The notes under the pieces: model-generated
What the model was told of the DNA's origin: nothing
The model's input: the letters and a program-made list of their open reading frames with translations, nothing else
Databases searched by the model: none
DNA from: Alphaproteobacteria bacterium
GTDB lineage: Bacteria; Pseudomonadota; Alphaproteobacteria; UBA828
DNA length: 64,000 bases
Direction: 5' to 3'
Assembly (NCBI GenBank): GCA_965214705.1
Contig: OZ243972.1
Location: 768,001-832,000 of the forward strand
Program-made: the position numbers and the translations under genes
Shown: one piece after another, positions 9,075 to 19,105 of the stretch
Layout: every line of letters starts with the position of its first letter
Numbering within the stretch: the first letter of the stretch is position 1

Positions 9075-10490
9075 ATGTCCGACACCTATCTCGCGGTGAT
9101 CCCCTACGAATCCCTCGATCCGTTGACCATAGGCTCGGCCGACGATCCGGCCATGGTCTATCGGGAGACCCTGACCCTCGACATTCCAGAGGCGAACCTG
9201 CTGGCGGCGCTCTACCCGGACGAACCCGCGCCCGTCGCGAACCCCACCGAGGCCTGCGCCGCCGCGCTGGAAGCGCCGCACTCTGGGCCTCGGTTCTCGG
9301 AGATGATCGGGCCGGACAAGAGCCTCGCCATCATCATCGACAACCAGTTTCGCCCGACGCCCACGTCAAAGCTGCTGCCGGCGGTGCTCGATGCCATCGA
9401 GACCCACGGCGTAAAGGACGCGCGCGTGGTCTGCGCCAACGGCAAGGTCTTCCCCATGTCGGAGCGCGACACCGAGCTCAAGCTCGGGCGGGAGAACCTC
9501 GCGCGCATGGAGCGGCTCGGCATTCCCTTCTTCCAGAACGAGCCGCGCGATCCTGAGCAATACGTCTTCATCGGCATGACCACGGGTGGCACGCCGGTCT
9601 GGCTGCACAAGGAGGTCGCGAAGTCCGACGTGACGCTCTCCATGGGCCAGGCGCAGTCCAACCACTGGGGCGCCGGCGGGGGCGGCAAGCTGATCCTGCC
9701 GGGCGTGGTCTCGGACGAGACCATCGAATCGAACCACTGCGCCTTCGTGATGTCGCCGAAGACCCATTACGGCGCCTTGGCCGGGCCGATGCGGACCGAT
9801 ATCGACGAGGCCGCCACCATGTGCGGGCTCTCGGCGACGCTCAACAGCGTGCTGGATACGCGGGGGCGGCTCTGCTTCATCAACTTCGGCGCGCACCCGG
9901 ACGCGCACCGCGAGGCGATCCGCTACTTCAATGGCATCTACGCCTATGACCGCCCCGCCGGTGGGCCGGCCGACATCGCCATCTGCGGCGTCTTCGCGCC
10001 GACCGATCATCTGTTCTTCCACACCGGCTGGGGCTGCATGTCCTCCGACCTGCTGGTGAAGGACGGCGGCACGCTGATCTATTGCAGCCCGTCCCCCGGC
10101 GTGAGCACGCATCTCGGCGACTTCCCCGGCCTCGCGCTCATGGACCTGATGAAGCCCTACATGCCGCCCTCGCCGGCGAACCTGGAACGCGTCTACCGCG
10201 ACATCCACAGCCGCACCATCGAGATGTGGGCGGGCTGCATCTGGGTGCCGATCTATGAGGTCATGGTGCGCAAGCACCTCCATGTGGTGACGCTGGAGGA
10301 GAACCTGGAGATGGCCGCCGATATCGGGATCGAGGCCGGCACGTCGCTGGAGAATGCCTTCGCCGCCGCGATGGCGCGTCACGGCTCGGCCGCCAAGGTC
10401 GCGGTGCTGCCCTTCGCGCGCTACCAGCTGCCGCGCGACGCGATCCGCATGCCGGCTGAGGTCGAGCCCATGGCGCAGGCGGCGGAGTAG
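9075..10490 (+). CDS. Lactate racemase LarA-superfamily (DUF2088) protein
   Basis: IIIDNQFRPTP, NHWGAGGGGKLILPG and IESNH resemble LarA DxTRP, HxxAGFSGGRKxxxPG and NH; RBS GGAGG before ATG 9075. Confidence 0.72.
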   Translation: MSDTYLAVIPYESLDPLTIGSADDPAMVYRETLTLDIPEANLLAALYPDEPAPVANPTEACAAALEAPHSGPRFSEMIGPDKSLAIIIDNQFRPTPTSKLLPAVLDAIETHGVKDARVVCANGKVFPMSERDTELKLGRENLARMERLGIPFFQNEPRDPEQYVFIGMTTGGTPVWLHKEVAKSDVTLSMGQAQSNHWGAGGGGKLILPGVVSDETIESNHCAFVMSPKTHYGALAGPMRTDIDEAATMCGLSATLNSVLDTRGRLCFINFGAHPDAHREAIRYFNGIYAYDRPAGGPADIAICGVFAPTDHLFFHTGWGCMSSDLLVKDGGTLIYCSPSPGVSTHLGDFPGLALMDLMKPYMPPSPANLERVYRDIHSRTIEMWAGCIWVPIYEVMVRKHLHVVTLEENLEMAADIGIEAGTSLENAFAAAMARHGSAAKVAVLPFARYQLPRDAIRMPAEVEPMAQAAE

Positions 10491-10501
10491 GGCCCGTTTC
10501 C

Positions 10502-10816
10502 ATGTCGTCCCCCGGCGCTTCGGCCGCGCCGATCACGGGATCGACCACCGTGGTCGAGTTGCTAGAGCGCTATCCCGGTGGCGAGGCGGCCGAGTTGATG
10601 GCAAGGCTCGCCTGGCCCTGCGCCCATTGCTCGGGCGCGCTGCACGAGCCCATCAGCATGGCCGCCAAGCGCCATGCGAACCGCGCTGGCCCCGTGGTTC
10701 GCGCCTTCCAGGCGCTCGCGCACGGCGGCCCGAGCGAGGCCGAGATCGCCGAGGCCGCGGCCAAGCACGAGAAGCGCGCCGACCCGGCGGCGCTCTGGGC
10801 CCGCTACACGCGTTAG
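10502..10816 (+). CDS. Small CxxC protein, DUF1858-like
   Basis: TTVVELLERYP...CAHC...EPISMAAKRH; starts 11 nt after the LarA-like stop. Confidence 0.55.
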   Translation: MSSPGASAAPITGSTTVVELLERYPGGEAAELMARLAWPCAHCSGALHEPISMAAKRHANRAGPVVRAFQALAHGGPSEAEIAEAAAKHEKRADPAALWARYTR

Positions 10817-11047
10817 ACCGCGCCCGGCTGCGCGGCCGCGTGGCGCAGGTTATGACCTTGGTTCGAAAGCAAAATTAACCTCTCGTGACAATCTGTCATA
10901 ACCTGGCGGATCGCGCACGATATCAAAGGACGTGCGCGACAACCTTTGAGTTATTATCACACTAACGCGCGACTTATCGTTTACACTCGATACGCTTTAT
11001 TATAAGTTCTATACTCTCGATTTAATTTTGTGAGAGGCACGCGTTCT

Positions 11048-11758
11048 ATGGCGCGGTGTAACGTATGCGGTCGCTCGAGGTTCAAGGCGGGTCCTGGAGG
11101 ACGGATGGGCCGAGGCGGCAAGCGACCCGCCTGCGCATCCTGTGGGTCCTTGGAGCGGCATCGCACGGTTCGCGCCGTCTGGCAGCCGCTGGTCGGGACA
11201 GAGCTACGCCGCCTCAAAGCGATTCAGTTCAGTCTCGATCCGTCCGTAAACAAGGACTGGTTCGATTACTTGGAAGTCTCGATCTATGAAAGGAGAAACT
11301 CTCTTGACTTGGAGGACATATACCGCTTGTCCGGAAGTTATGACATTGTCATATGCAATCATGTTCTGGAGCATATCGAAGACGATCGTCGCGCGTTTCG
11401 GGAAATTATGCGCGTTCTAACGCCCTCGGGACTCTTCCAATTCACGGTGCCGCTTCCTTGTACACGCGCCGTCACGGAGGAGTGGGGTTATCCGGACCGT
11501 CCCCACGGGCACTACCGGTTGTATGGGAGAGACGTGATCGATCGTTTCGCCGAGGCCAGGCCGGGAACGCGGTTCCTGTGCGTTCCATGCGGCGATCCCG
11601 TTACCGGAGAACCCGATTTCGTGTACTTCGCATTTCCCAAAGAGCGCCGGCTGAGCGGAATTCACCGGGTGCTCGGTCAGGCGTTCCCGTCGCTGACGGT
11701 GGACGGGCACGGTGGGTCGAGTGCTTCGGCCAGGGTCCGTCACGCCGCAGATCGCTGA
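11048..11758 (+). CDS. SAM-dependent methyltransferase (type 11) with N-terminal Cys pairs
   Basis: CNVC...CASCGSLERHR, YDIVICNHVLEHIEDD...EIMRVLTPSG. Confidence 0.8.
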   Translation: MARCNVCGRSRFKAGPGGRMGRGGKRPACASCGSLERHRTVRAVWQPLVGTELRRLKAIQFSLDPSVNKDWFDYLEVSIYERRNSLDLEDIYRLSGSYDIVICNHVLEHIEDDRRAFREIMRVLTPSGLFQFTVPLPCTRAVTEEWGYPDRPHGHYRLYGRDVIDRFAEARPGTRFLCVPCGDPVTGEPDFVYFAFPKERRLSGIHRVLGQAFPSLTVDGHGGSSASARVRHAADR

Positions 11759-12608
11759 ACGCTTGCAGTGTAGGCCCGCGGGGCGGATCGCCGCGGTGCA
11801 GCGGGATCGTATCGAAGCGCGGTCTCAGGCGACTTTGGCCTTGCTCGATCTCGCCGAAGGCGCGCGAGCGTATCATCTCTGGTACCTGCTCGCCTGGCAG
11901 GACATCCGTCGGCTCTACCGGCGATCGGTCCTGGGGCCCTTCTGGCTCAGCCTCAGCATGGGCGCGCTGGTGGGCGCGCTGGGAAGCCTCTACGGCATGC
12001 TGTTCGAGGTGGAGAGCGCGGACTACGTGCCCTTCCTTGCGCTCGGCTTCATCGTCTGGACGCTGATCTCCGGCGTCATCACCGACGGCTGCAAGGCCTT
12101 CATCACGGCGGAAAGCATCATCAAGCACGTGGGCTTGCCGCTCTCGATCCACGTGTATCGGCTGCTTTGGCGCCACCTCATCATCCTCTTTCACAATGCC
12201 GCGGTGTTCGTCGTTGTGGCCGCGGTCTTTGCCGTCTGGCCGGGCTGGACGGGCCTTCTCGCCCTGCCCGGCCTCCTGCTGCTCTGCTTGAACGGCATCT
12301 GGGCGGGCCTGCTGCTGGGCATCGTCTCGGCCCGATTCCGAGACGTGCCGCCGATCGTGACGAGCGTTGTGCGGATCTGCTTCTTCGTGACCCCGATCAT
12401 CTGGATGCCGGAGCTCTTGCCGGCGCGCACCCTGGTGCTGGACGCCAACCCCTTCTTCCACCTGGTGGAGGTGGTGCGGGCGCCGCTGCTGGGTCAGATG
12501 CCGGGGCTGGCTTCCTGGATCGCGGTGCTGGTCATGACGGCCGCAGGCTGGCTCGTGACCTTCGCGTTCTTCCGCCGTTATCGGCGGCGGATCGCCTACT
12601 GGGTCTGA
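11712..12608 (+). CDS. wzm: Polysaccharide ABC exporter permease Wzm (start uncertain, possibly GTG 11796)
   Basis: DIRRLYRRSVLGPFW, ARFRDV, FFVTPIIW, NPFFHLVEVVRAPLLG. Confidence 0.88.
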   Translation: MGRVLRPGSVTPQIAERLQCRPAGRIAAVQRDRIEARSQATLALLDLAEGARAYHLWYLLAWQDIRRLYRRSVLGPFWLSLSMGALVGALGSLYGMLFEVESADYVPFLALGFIVWTLISGVITDGCKAFITAESIIKHVGLPLSIHVYRLLWRHLIILFHNAAVFVVVAAVFAVWPGWTGLLALPGLLLLCLNGIWAGLLLGIVSARFRDVPPIVTSVVRICFFVTPIIWMPELLPARTLVLDANPFFHLVEVVRAPLLGQMPGLASWIAVLVMTAAGWLVTFAFFRRYRRRIAYWV

Positions 12609-12613
12609 GCGCC

Positions 12614-13360
12614 GTGGTCAGCCTCCGAATCGAAGCGGTCACAGTCGACTTTCCCGTCTACAGCGCCGGCGCGCGATCTCTGAAGAAACGCTTGCTCCAT
12701 CGCGGCACCGGCGGGCGCATCGTGCATGGTGCCGCCAATCGGATGCGAGTGCGCGCTCTTGAGGATGTGAGTCTCGCCATGAAACGAGGCGATCGGATCG
12801 GTCTTGTCGGCTCCAACGGCGCGGGCAAGACGACGCTGCTGCGCGTGCTCGCCGGCGCATACGAGCCCACGCAGGGTCGCATCGAGCGACGCGGACGGAC
12901 TGCATCGCTGCTCAACGTCTCCCTCGGTATCGATTCCGAAGCGACAGGCTACGAGAACATCATGACCCGAGGGCTCCTCCTGGGCCTTCGGCCGGATCAA
13001 GTCCGCGTGCGCGTGGATGAGATCGCGGCATTTACCGAGCTCGGTGATTACCTGGCGCTGCCGGTGCACACCTATTCGGCGGGCATGCGGCTGCGGCTCG
13101 CCTTTGCGGTGTGCACCAGTTTCGATCCCGAAATCCTGCTCATGGACGAGTGGTTGGGCATCGGCGATCGGACGTTCGTTGAAAAGGCGAAACACCGGCT
13201 CGAACAGTTCGTGGAACGTGCGGGCATATTGGTGCTCGCCTCGCAGAATACCTCCCTGCTCCAGCGGATTTGTTCCAGAGGCGTTTTGCTCGACGAGGGA
13301 AGGGTCACGTGTTTCGGATCGATCGATGAAGTGCTACGCATGTATCGGGAGATCGCCTGA
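12614..13360 (+). CDS. wzt: Polysaccharide ABC exporter ATPase Wzt, no C-terminal carbohydrate-binding domain
   Basis: GSNGAGKTT Walker A, YSAGMRLRLAF signature, LLMDE Walker B. Confidence 0.9.
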   Translation: MVSLRIEAVTVDFPVYSAGARSLKKRLLHRGTGGRIVHGAANRMRVRALEDVSLAMKRGDRIGLVGSNGAGKTTLLRVLAGAYEPTQGRIERRGRTASLLNVSLGIDSEATGYENIMTRGLLLGLRPDQVRVRVDEIAAFTELGDYLALPVHTYSAGMRLRLAFAVCTSFDPEILLMDEWLGIGDRTFVEKAKHRLEQFVERAGILVLASQNTSLLQRICSRGVLLDEGRVTCFGSIDEVLRMYREIA

Positions 13361-13425
13361 TTGTAATGTTCTGAATTGCCGCGACTAATCGGACATATGA
13401 TGCAAGTTTCCCAACTTAATATCTA

Positions 13426-13453
13426 TTGACGATGCACTCCTATATCGTACACT
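13426..13453 (+). promoter_or_regulatory. Possible sigma70 promoter of the glycosyltransferase/rml operon
   Basis: TTGACG-16 nt-TACACT in AT-rich intergenic DNA. Confidence 0.4.
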
Positions 13454-13497
13454 GTCCGCGCTATATAACGTTTCTTCAGTCCTCGGAATAACATACC

Positions 13498-13903
13498 GTG
13501 AGTCCCCCCAGAAACGTTGAACACACCCTGGATGAGACTGGCTCCTGGTCCGCACTTCTTGCATTCGAAGCGCATCGATCCAGAGTCGGCGCCATTAGCG
13601 CTGCGCGGCCACGAGGGCGGAACGAGGGACAGGTGACGTGCGATGGCCATGAGGAGACGATCCATGCCCTTCGAGCGACAATCGAGTCTCACGAAGCCAC
13701 CATCGAGGCTCGAGAGGCGACCATAAGAGCCCGTGATGCCACCATTCACGACCTTCTAAGTTCCACCAGTTGGAAAGCCACCGCTCCACTTCGCTCCGTG
13801 TCCCGAACCTTCAGATGGTATCGGCGCGCACTCCGCAGAGCCCCCAGACACCTGTATCGGCAGGGCAAGGAGCAATTCTCACGCGTCACAAGTTCCATGC
13901 GTT
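13498..13903 (+). pseudogene. 5' fragment (coiled-coil N-terminus) of a large glycosyltransferase split by IS66
   Basis: Heptad repeats and an LLSSTSWKATAPLR motif. Joins in frame (...TSSMR|FALAES...) to the ORF after 16359 when the IS and one TSD are removed. Confidence 0.8.
13648..13752 (+). repeat. Five degenerate 21-bp (heptad) coding repeats
   Basis: HEETIHA/LRATIES/HEATIEA/REATIRA/RDATIHD. Confidence 0.7.
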
Positions 13904-14055
13904 GTAACTACCCAGGTACCCCGCCGCCAGATCTGAGTGCGTGCTGATGTTGGTCGCCGCCGGTGCCGTTTGTCCGTCGGCGCGTCGATGATCTGCCCTT
14001 GACTGTATAGGCACGCTCGCCTATGGGTTGCTCTCTCGCATGAGAGGAGCAGCCG

Positions 14056-14725
14056 GTGGGGTATTTCGGATCGAAGGCGACGACCGGTCTGAGCCAGGCG
14101 CTGATTGCGCTGATGCCCCCGCACTCTGTCTATATCGAGAGCCACTTGGGGGGGCGGGGCGCTGATGAAGCGCAAGCCTGCGGCCGTGCGCTCGATCGGG
14201 ATTGACCGCGACGAGCGGGCGCTTGAGTCCTTCGACTGTGGCTACCCGGTGGAGTTGGTGCACGGCTGCGCCCACTCCTTCCTGGCCTCGTTCCCGTTCC
14301 TGGGCCCGGAGCTGGTCTACAGCGATCCGCCCTATCTGCACGCGACCCGGCGTTCGTCGCAGCGCTACCGCTTCGAGTACGAGGAGGCCGACCACGTCGC
14401 GCTCCTCGAACTGCTCAAGGGTCTGCCCTGCCAGGTGATGGTCTCGGGCCACCCGTCTGCGCTCTATGACGAGTTGCTGGCGGGCTGGCGCCGGCTGGCG
14501 CTGCAGGTGACGACCCAGGCCCAGGTGCGGACCGAGGCGGTGTGGTTCAACTTCGCGCCCGACCGGGTGCACTGGGCGAGCTACGCGGGCCGCAACTTCA
14601 CCGACCGCCAGCGCATCAAGCGCAAGGCGGCCAACTGGGGCCGGCGCTACGAGGCCATGCCGGCGGGCGAACGCCTGGCGGTGCTGGCCGCGATCATGGC
14701 CGTCGAGGCTGACGAGGGTTTGTGA
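14056..14725 (+). pseudogene. Dam/D12-like DNA adenine methyltransferase, +1 frameshift in a G7 tract
   Basis: RBS GAGAGGAG, GTG start, MGYFGSKATTG...PPHSVYIESHLG, then G7 at 14148-14154. G6 would give HLGGGALMKRKP...IGID...YSDPPY (222 aa). Confidence 0.8.
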
Positions 14726-16263
14726 CAGTGTCGCGCTGGCACGCGGACCTCGCCGCTCACGACGAGGCTTTCGCGTGCCTGCAGGACCTTTTCACCCCAC
14801 AATCCTTCGCGATGACCGCCGTCAAAGCCATCCGGGAATGGGGCCAGGGGCTGCTTCGCCTGAGCGCGGCGCTGGTCAAGGAGAACGACGCGCTGGAGCG
14901 GGAGAACGCCCGCTTGCGCGAGCGGATCGCCGAACTTGAGCGCAGCGCCGCGCTCGACAGCACCACCAGCTCCAGGCCGCCGGCCAGCGACGGCCTGAAG
15001 AAGAAGAGCGCAGACCAGGAGAAGCGCACCCGGAGCCGGCGCGGCAAATCCGACAGGCCCAGCGGCGGTCAGCCGGGCCACAAGGGAACCACCCTGGAGC
15101 GGACCGAGAACCCGGACCACGTCGTGGATCATGATCCGTCCGCCTGTGAGGGCTGCGGCGCGCCGCTGTCGGACGCCGACCGTCACGGAGCCCCCGTCTG
15201 CCGGCAGGTCTTCGATGTGCCCGAGCCGCAGCCCCTCGAGGCCACCGAGCATCGCGGCCATCGCTGCCTCTGCGCCGCCTGCGGCACCATGACAACAGCC
15301 GCCTTCCCGAACGGCGTGAGCGCCCCGGTCCAGTACGGGCCGCGCATCACCGCGTGGGTGACCTACCTGCTGCACGCTCAGTTCATTCCGGAGAAGCGCG
15401 TCGCCGAGGTCATGAGCGATCTCTTCGCGGTCAAGATCTCAACGGCCACCATCGCCGCCATGGGCAGGCGCACCGCCCGGCGCTTCGAGGGCTTCCTCGA
15501 TCGTGTCGCAGAGATCATCCGCACCGAAGCCCCGGTCAAACACCTCGACGAGACCGGCATCCGCATCGCCGCCCGGACCCATTGGCTCCACGTGCTGTGC
15601 ACCCCGTTGCTGACCATCCTGCGCGTCGCCAGCGGGCGCGGCCATTTCGACGAGAAGCTCAACGGCATCGTCATCCATGACGACTATGCCACCTACTTCG
15701 CTCTCGAGGGCGTGCGCCACGGGGCCTGCAACGCCCATCACCTGCGTGAGCTCCAGGCCCTGATCGAGATCGAGAAGGAAGACTGGGCAACGAGCATGCA
15801 CCAGCTGCTCTCCCGTGCCAACAGAGCCGCCCGCTTCGCCCGCAAGAATGATCGCGACGTGCCCGCATCGCTGGTCGCCCGCATCTCGCGAGCCTGGGAC
15901 CGCATCCTCGAACGTGCCATCGCCGCTCACGAAGAGATGCCGCCGCTCCAGACCGGAAAGCGCGGACGACAAAAGCGCCGCATCGGTCACAACCTCGCGC
16001 TCCGGCTCCAGAAGTACAAGGAGGGCTGCCTGCGCTTCCTCACCGACCCGCGAACCCCGTTCTCGAACAATGAGGCGGAGCGCGATCTGCGAATGGGCAA
16101 GCTGCGTCAGAAAATCTCAGGCGGCTTCCGCTCGATGCAAGGTGCCTGCGACTTCGCCAACCTGCGGTCCGTCATCGCCACCGCTCGAAAACAGCGCTGG
16201 AATGTCCTCGAAACCCTGGCGCACCCCGATCCCATGCAGCTAATCCCGGTACTGCGCTTCTGA
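14722..16263 (+). CDS. IS66-family transposase (TnpC-like)
   Basis: Coiled coil, SSRPPASD, GGQPGHKG, CxxC zinc finger, HLDETG, CNAHHLREL, NNEAERDLR; GTGA overlap with the MTase stop. Confidence 0.93.
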   Translation: MTVSRWHADLAAHDEAFACLQDLFTPQSFAMTAVKAIREWGQGLLRLSAALVKENDALERENARLRERIAELERSAALDSTTSSRPPASDGLKKKSADQEKRTRSRRGKSDRPSGGQPGHKGTTLERTENPDHVVDHDPSACEGCGAPLSDADRHGAPVCRQVFDVPEPQPLEATEHRGHRCLCAACGTMTTAAFPNGVSAPVQYGPRITAWVTYLLHAQFIPEKRVAEVMSDLFAVKISTATIAAMGRRTARRFEGFLDRVAEIIRTEAPVKHLDETGIRIAARTHWLHVLCTPLLTILRVASGRGHFDEKLNGIVIHDDYATYFALEGVRHGACNAHHLRELQALIEIEKEDWATSMHQLLSRANRAARFARKNDRDVPASLVARISRAWDRILERAIAAHEEMPPLQTGKRGRQKRRIGHNLALRLQKYKEGCLRFLTDPRTPFSNNEAERDLRMGKLRQKISGGFRSMQGACDFANLRSVIATARKQRWNVLETLAHPDPMQLIPVLRF

Positions 16264-16359
16264 AATCCCCCGCCGCTCCGCTCCACGTCAGCGGCACCAG
16301 GCCAGAGGCATCAGTCCATCACGCGTGAGTGCTCGGCGGAATCAGACCTGGGCAGTTAC

Positions 16360-19086
16360 CATGCGTTTTGCTCTTGCAGAATCACCCGCAGGAGTTCACT
16401 CGAAGCGAAGCGCCTGGCCGATTGAAATCTCGAACTCTGTTTCGGAGATTATTCGCGAAAGCAGAATACAACATGTCGAAGGAACATCCCGAAATACTCA
16501 ACGACGACCTGACAGGAAAGCCCTCAAGATAACGGTCATTGCGTGGGACTTGGCACACAATCCCTTGGGACGCGCGTACCTGCTAGCGGATGCGTTGCGA
16601 CACGAATACGACGTCGAGCTTATTGGGGCGACCTTCCCCGACTTCGGCAACGACATTTGGAAGCCGCTACGCGATTGTAAGCGCGTCAAGATCAAGCACG
16701 TACCGGGCGCCTATTTCCCAGAATATTTCAGGACCATGAAAGCGATGGTCGAACACGTTGAGGGAGACGTCCTTTACGTGTCCAAGCCGAGGTTTCCGAG
16801 TTTGGGGTTGGCTGTTCTTGCCAAGATGAAAAGAAACAGACCAGTCATTCTCGACATAGATGACCATGAGCTCAGCTTCTTCGGTGCTCGAGAGCCCCTA
16901 AGTCTAGAGGAGTTGAGAGCCGAGCGAGGCATTCTGGATGTCGACGTGCCTTTTGGCGAGGCCTGGACCCGCCACTGTGAAACGCTGATTCCGCTCGTTG
17001 ACCAAATCACCGTGTCGAATGAGACGCTCAAGGGAAGGTACGGAGGCATCGTTCTGCCCCATGTCCGTGACGAGTCGGAATTCGACCCGACCATATATCC
17101 TCGCGAGGAGATTCGGCGTGAGCTCGGCTTCGTACCGGAAGACAGAGTCATTCTGTTTGCGGGAACCCCACGCAAGCACAAGGGGCTCTCGCGGCTTATC
17201 GCCGCGCTGAGAGAGCTGGATCGACCGACGTACAAGCTCCTGGTTGTCGGTTCGCCGGCTGATGGTACCGTGACCAGACTGCTGCGGCGCGTCGACCCGA
17301 GCCGCGCAACGCTGGTTCCGGACGTACCGTACTCGGATCTACCCGGCTATCTTTGCGCCGCCGACCTCGTTCCTCTGCTTCAAGACGAGGCTGAACCTAC
17401 GTCGGCATTTCAAATGCCCGCCAAATTTACCGATGCACTCGCCATGGGCATCCCCATCGTCGCGAGCAATGTCCCGCCCTTGGTCGATGCCGCGAACGAC
17501 GGCCTTGTGGAATTGCTGGGAAACGCAACGCCGGCGCAAAAGATCAACGAAATCTTCTCCAACTACGCAATTCATAAGAAGCGAGCCACTGAAAACCGTG
17601 AGAATTTTCTCGGCAAATTCAGCTACGCAAGCAATTTGCCTAAAATAAAGCAAGTGGTGGAACGGCATGCCGACCACCCTAAGCCCGTCCCGCATGCCTT
17701 CCACGATCTCGTCGAGTATCAGGAGAGTATCTATTCCCAGACGGGAAAGCTGCGCATAACCGCTCCCAAGGTCATCATACCAAGCAAAGTCATAACAGCT
17801 CCATCCGTTGCTACCGCAGCATTGGCGCAGCGCAAGACTGAGAGGGCGCGGCTGCGCGCGCAGCGATCGTACGTCGACGACAAATTGGATGTGGTCTTTT
17901 TTTGGAAGCAAAACGACAGCGGGATTTACGGCAGGCGTCAGGACATGTTCGTCAAGTACCTGGCGCGCGATCCAAGGGTCAACCGCATCTTCCACTTCGA
18001 CGCTCCGATGAATTTCTTTCGCTCTGTGGGCCTGGCGGCCAGAGCGGATTCCATGGGGCGGTGCAGCCATTCGCGACTGGTTGGACGCCAGACGCTGAAC
18101 AGGAGGCTCGGACTCGCCAACAGGGGTAAGGTCAGATTCGACACCTTCATCCACGTCTCAAACCGTCGCGGCCCGAGGGTGCTCAAGCATATTCTTCCGG
18201 GGAAAGACGACTATCTCGAATTCCTAAGCCGCGTCATCAGACGTCATGAGATCGGGCAGCGGAGGACCGTTCTCTGGGCGTGCCCCGTCAACTTTCATTT
18301 CTTGAACATAGAGGATCATTTGCAGGCAGACCTCGTGGTCGCCGATGTCATCGACGACGAGCGAAAATGGCCGGTGAGTGAGGCATATAGAGATAAGCTG
18401 AGTCGCAATTATGAAGAGGTATTGGGGATTAGCGATCTCGTCATAACAAACTGTGAGAGTGTTTCCCAGAGCATGAGCGCCCTATCCGACAGCATCCATC
18501 TGCTGCCGAATGCCGTGGAACCCCTGGAAGAGGAGGCGAGGCACTGGCCTAAGCCGCGCGACCTCAAGCGTCTCTCGGGGCCGGTGATCGGATACGTCGG
18601 CAACTTGGATATCGCGCGCATAGACCTGGATCTGTTGAGGAGCGTGGTGAGTAAACGCCCTGGCTGGAATTTCGTCTTTATCGGCTCCATGCATAAGGGT
18701 GATGAGATCAGAGAGTTGGAAATATACGGCAATGTTCATTTCTTGGGAGTTCGAGTCTACGAGCAAGCGCTGCGCTATATCCGGCATTTCGATGTGGCCA
18801 TTATACCGCATTTAGATAACGAACTGACGAGAAGCATGAATCCCCTTAAGTTGTACGTTTATTTTTCTCTGCTGGTGCCTGTTGTGTCGACAGAGATACA
18901 GAATATCGGGGATTTCAGCGAGTTCGTTCGCCGCAAGAGTTCGTGCGCACAATCGACGAATGTCTCTGCAACGATCCACTAGAAAATGAACTGCCGCGTC
19001 TTCGAGAGTTACTAAAGGAGAATTCATGGCCTGAGCGCGTGAAGTACGTGCTTGAGTTGATCGAGCGGAAATTCGCAGTGTGCTAG
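16360..19086 (+). pseudogene. 3' part of a two-domain GT4-like glycosyltransferase; also frameshifted near 18930
   Basis: Two GT-B modules (FAGTPRKHKG...PAKFTDALAMG; GYVGNL...NPLKLYVY). The natural C-terminus (SPQEFVRTIDEC...ENSWPERV...VC*) continues in another frame to TAG 19086. Confidence 0.8.
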
Positions 19087-19105
19087 CAGCTTGGAGTGCA
19101 TAGCA

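Larger units (their letters stand above)
13904..16359 (+). mobile_element. IS66-family element (ISBst12-like, single transposase) with a methyltransferase passenger, 2456 bp
   Basis: TIRs GTAACTACCCAGGT and ACCTGGGCAGTTAC (13/14 match, GTAA ends); 8-bp TSD CATGCGTT at 13896-13903 and 16360-16367. Confidence 0.95.

Noticed and set aside
16325-16360. ORF-track start (MSARRNQTWAVT) for the 885-aa glycosyltransferase
   Set aside because: These codons come from the IS66 right end; the real gene starts upstream of the IS.
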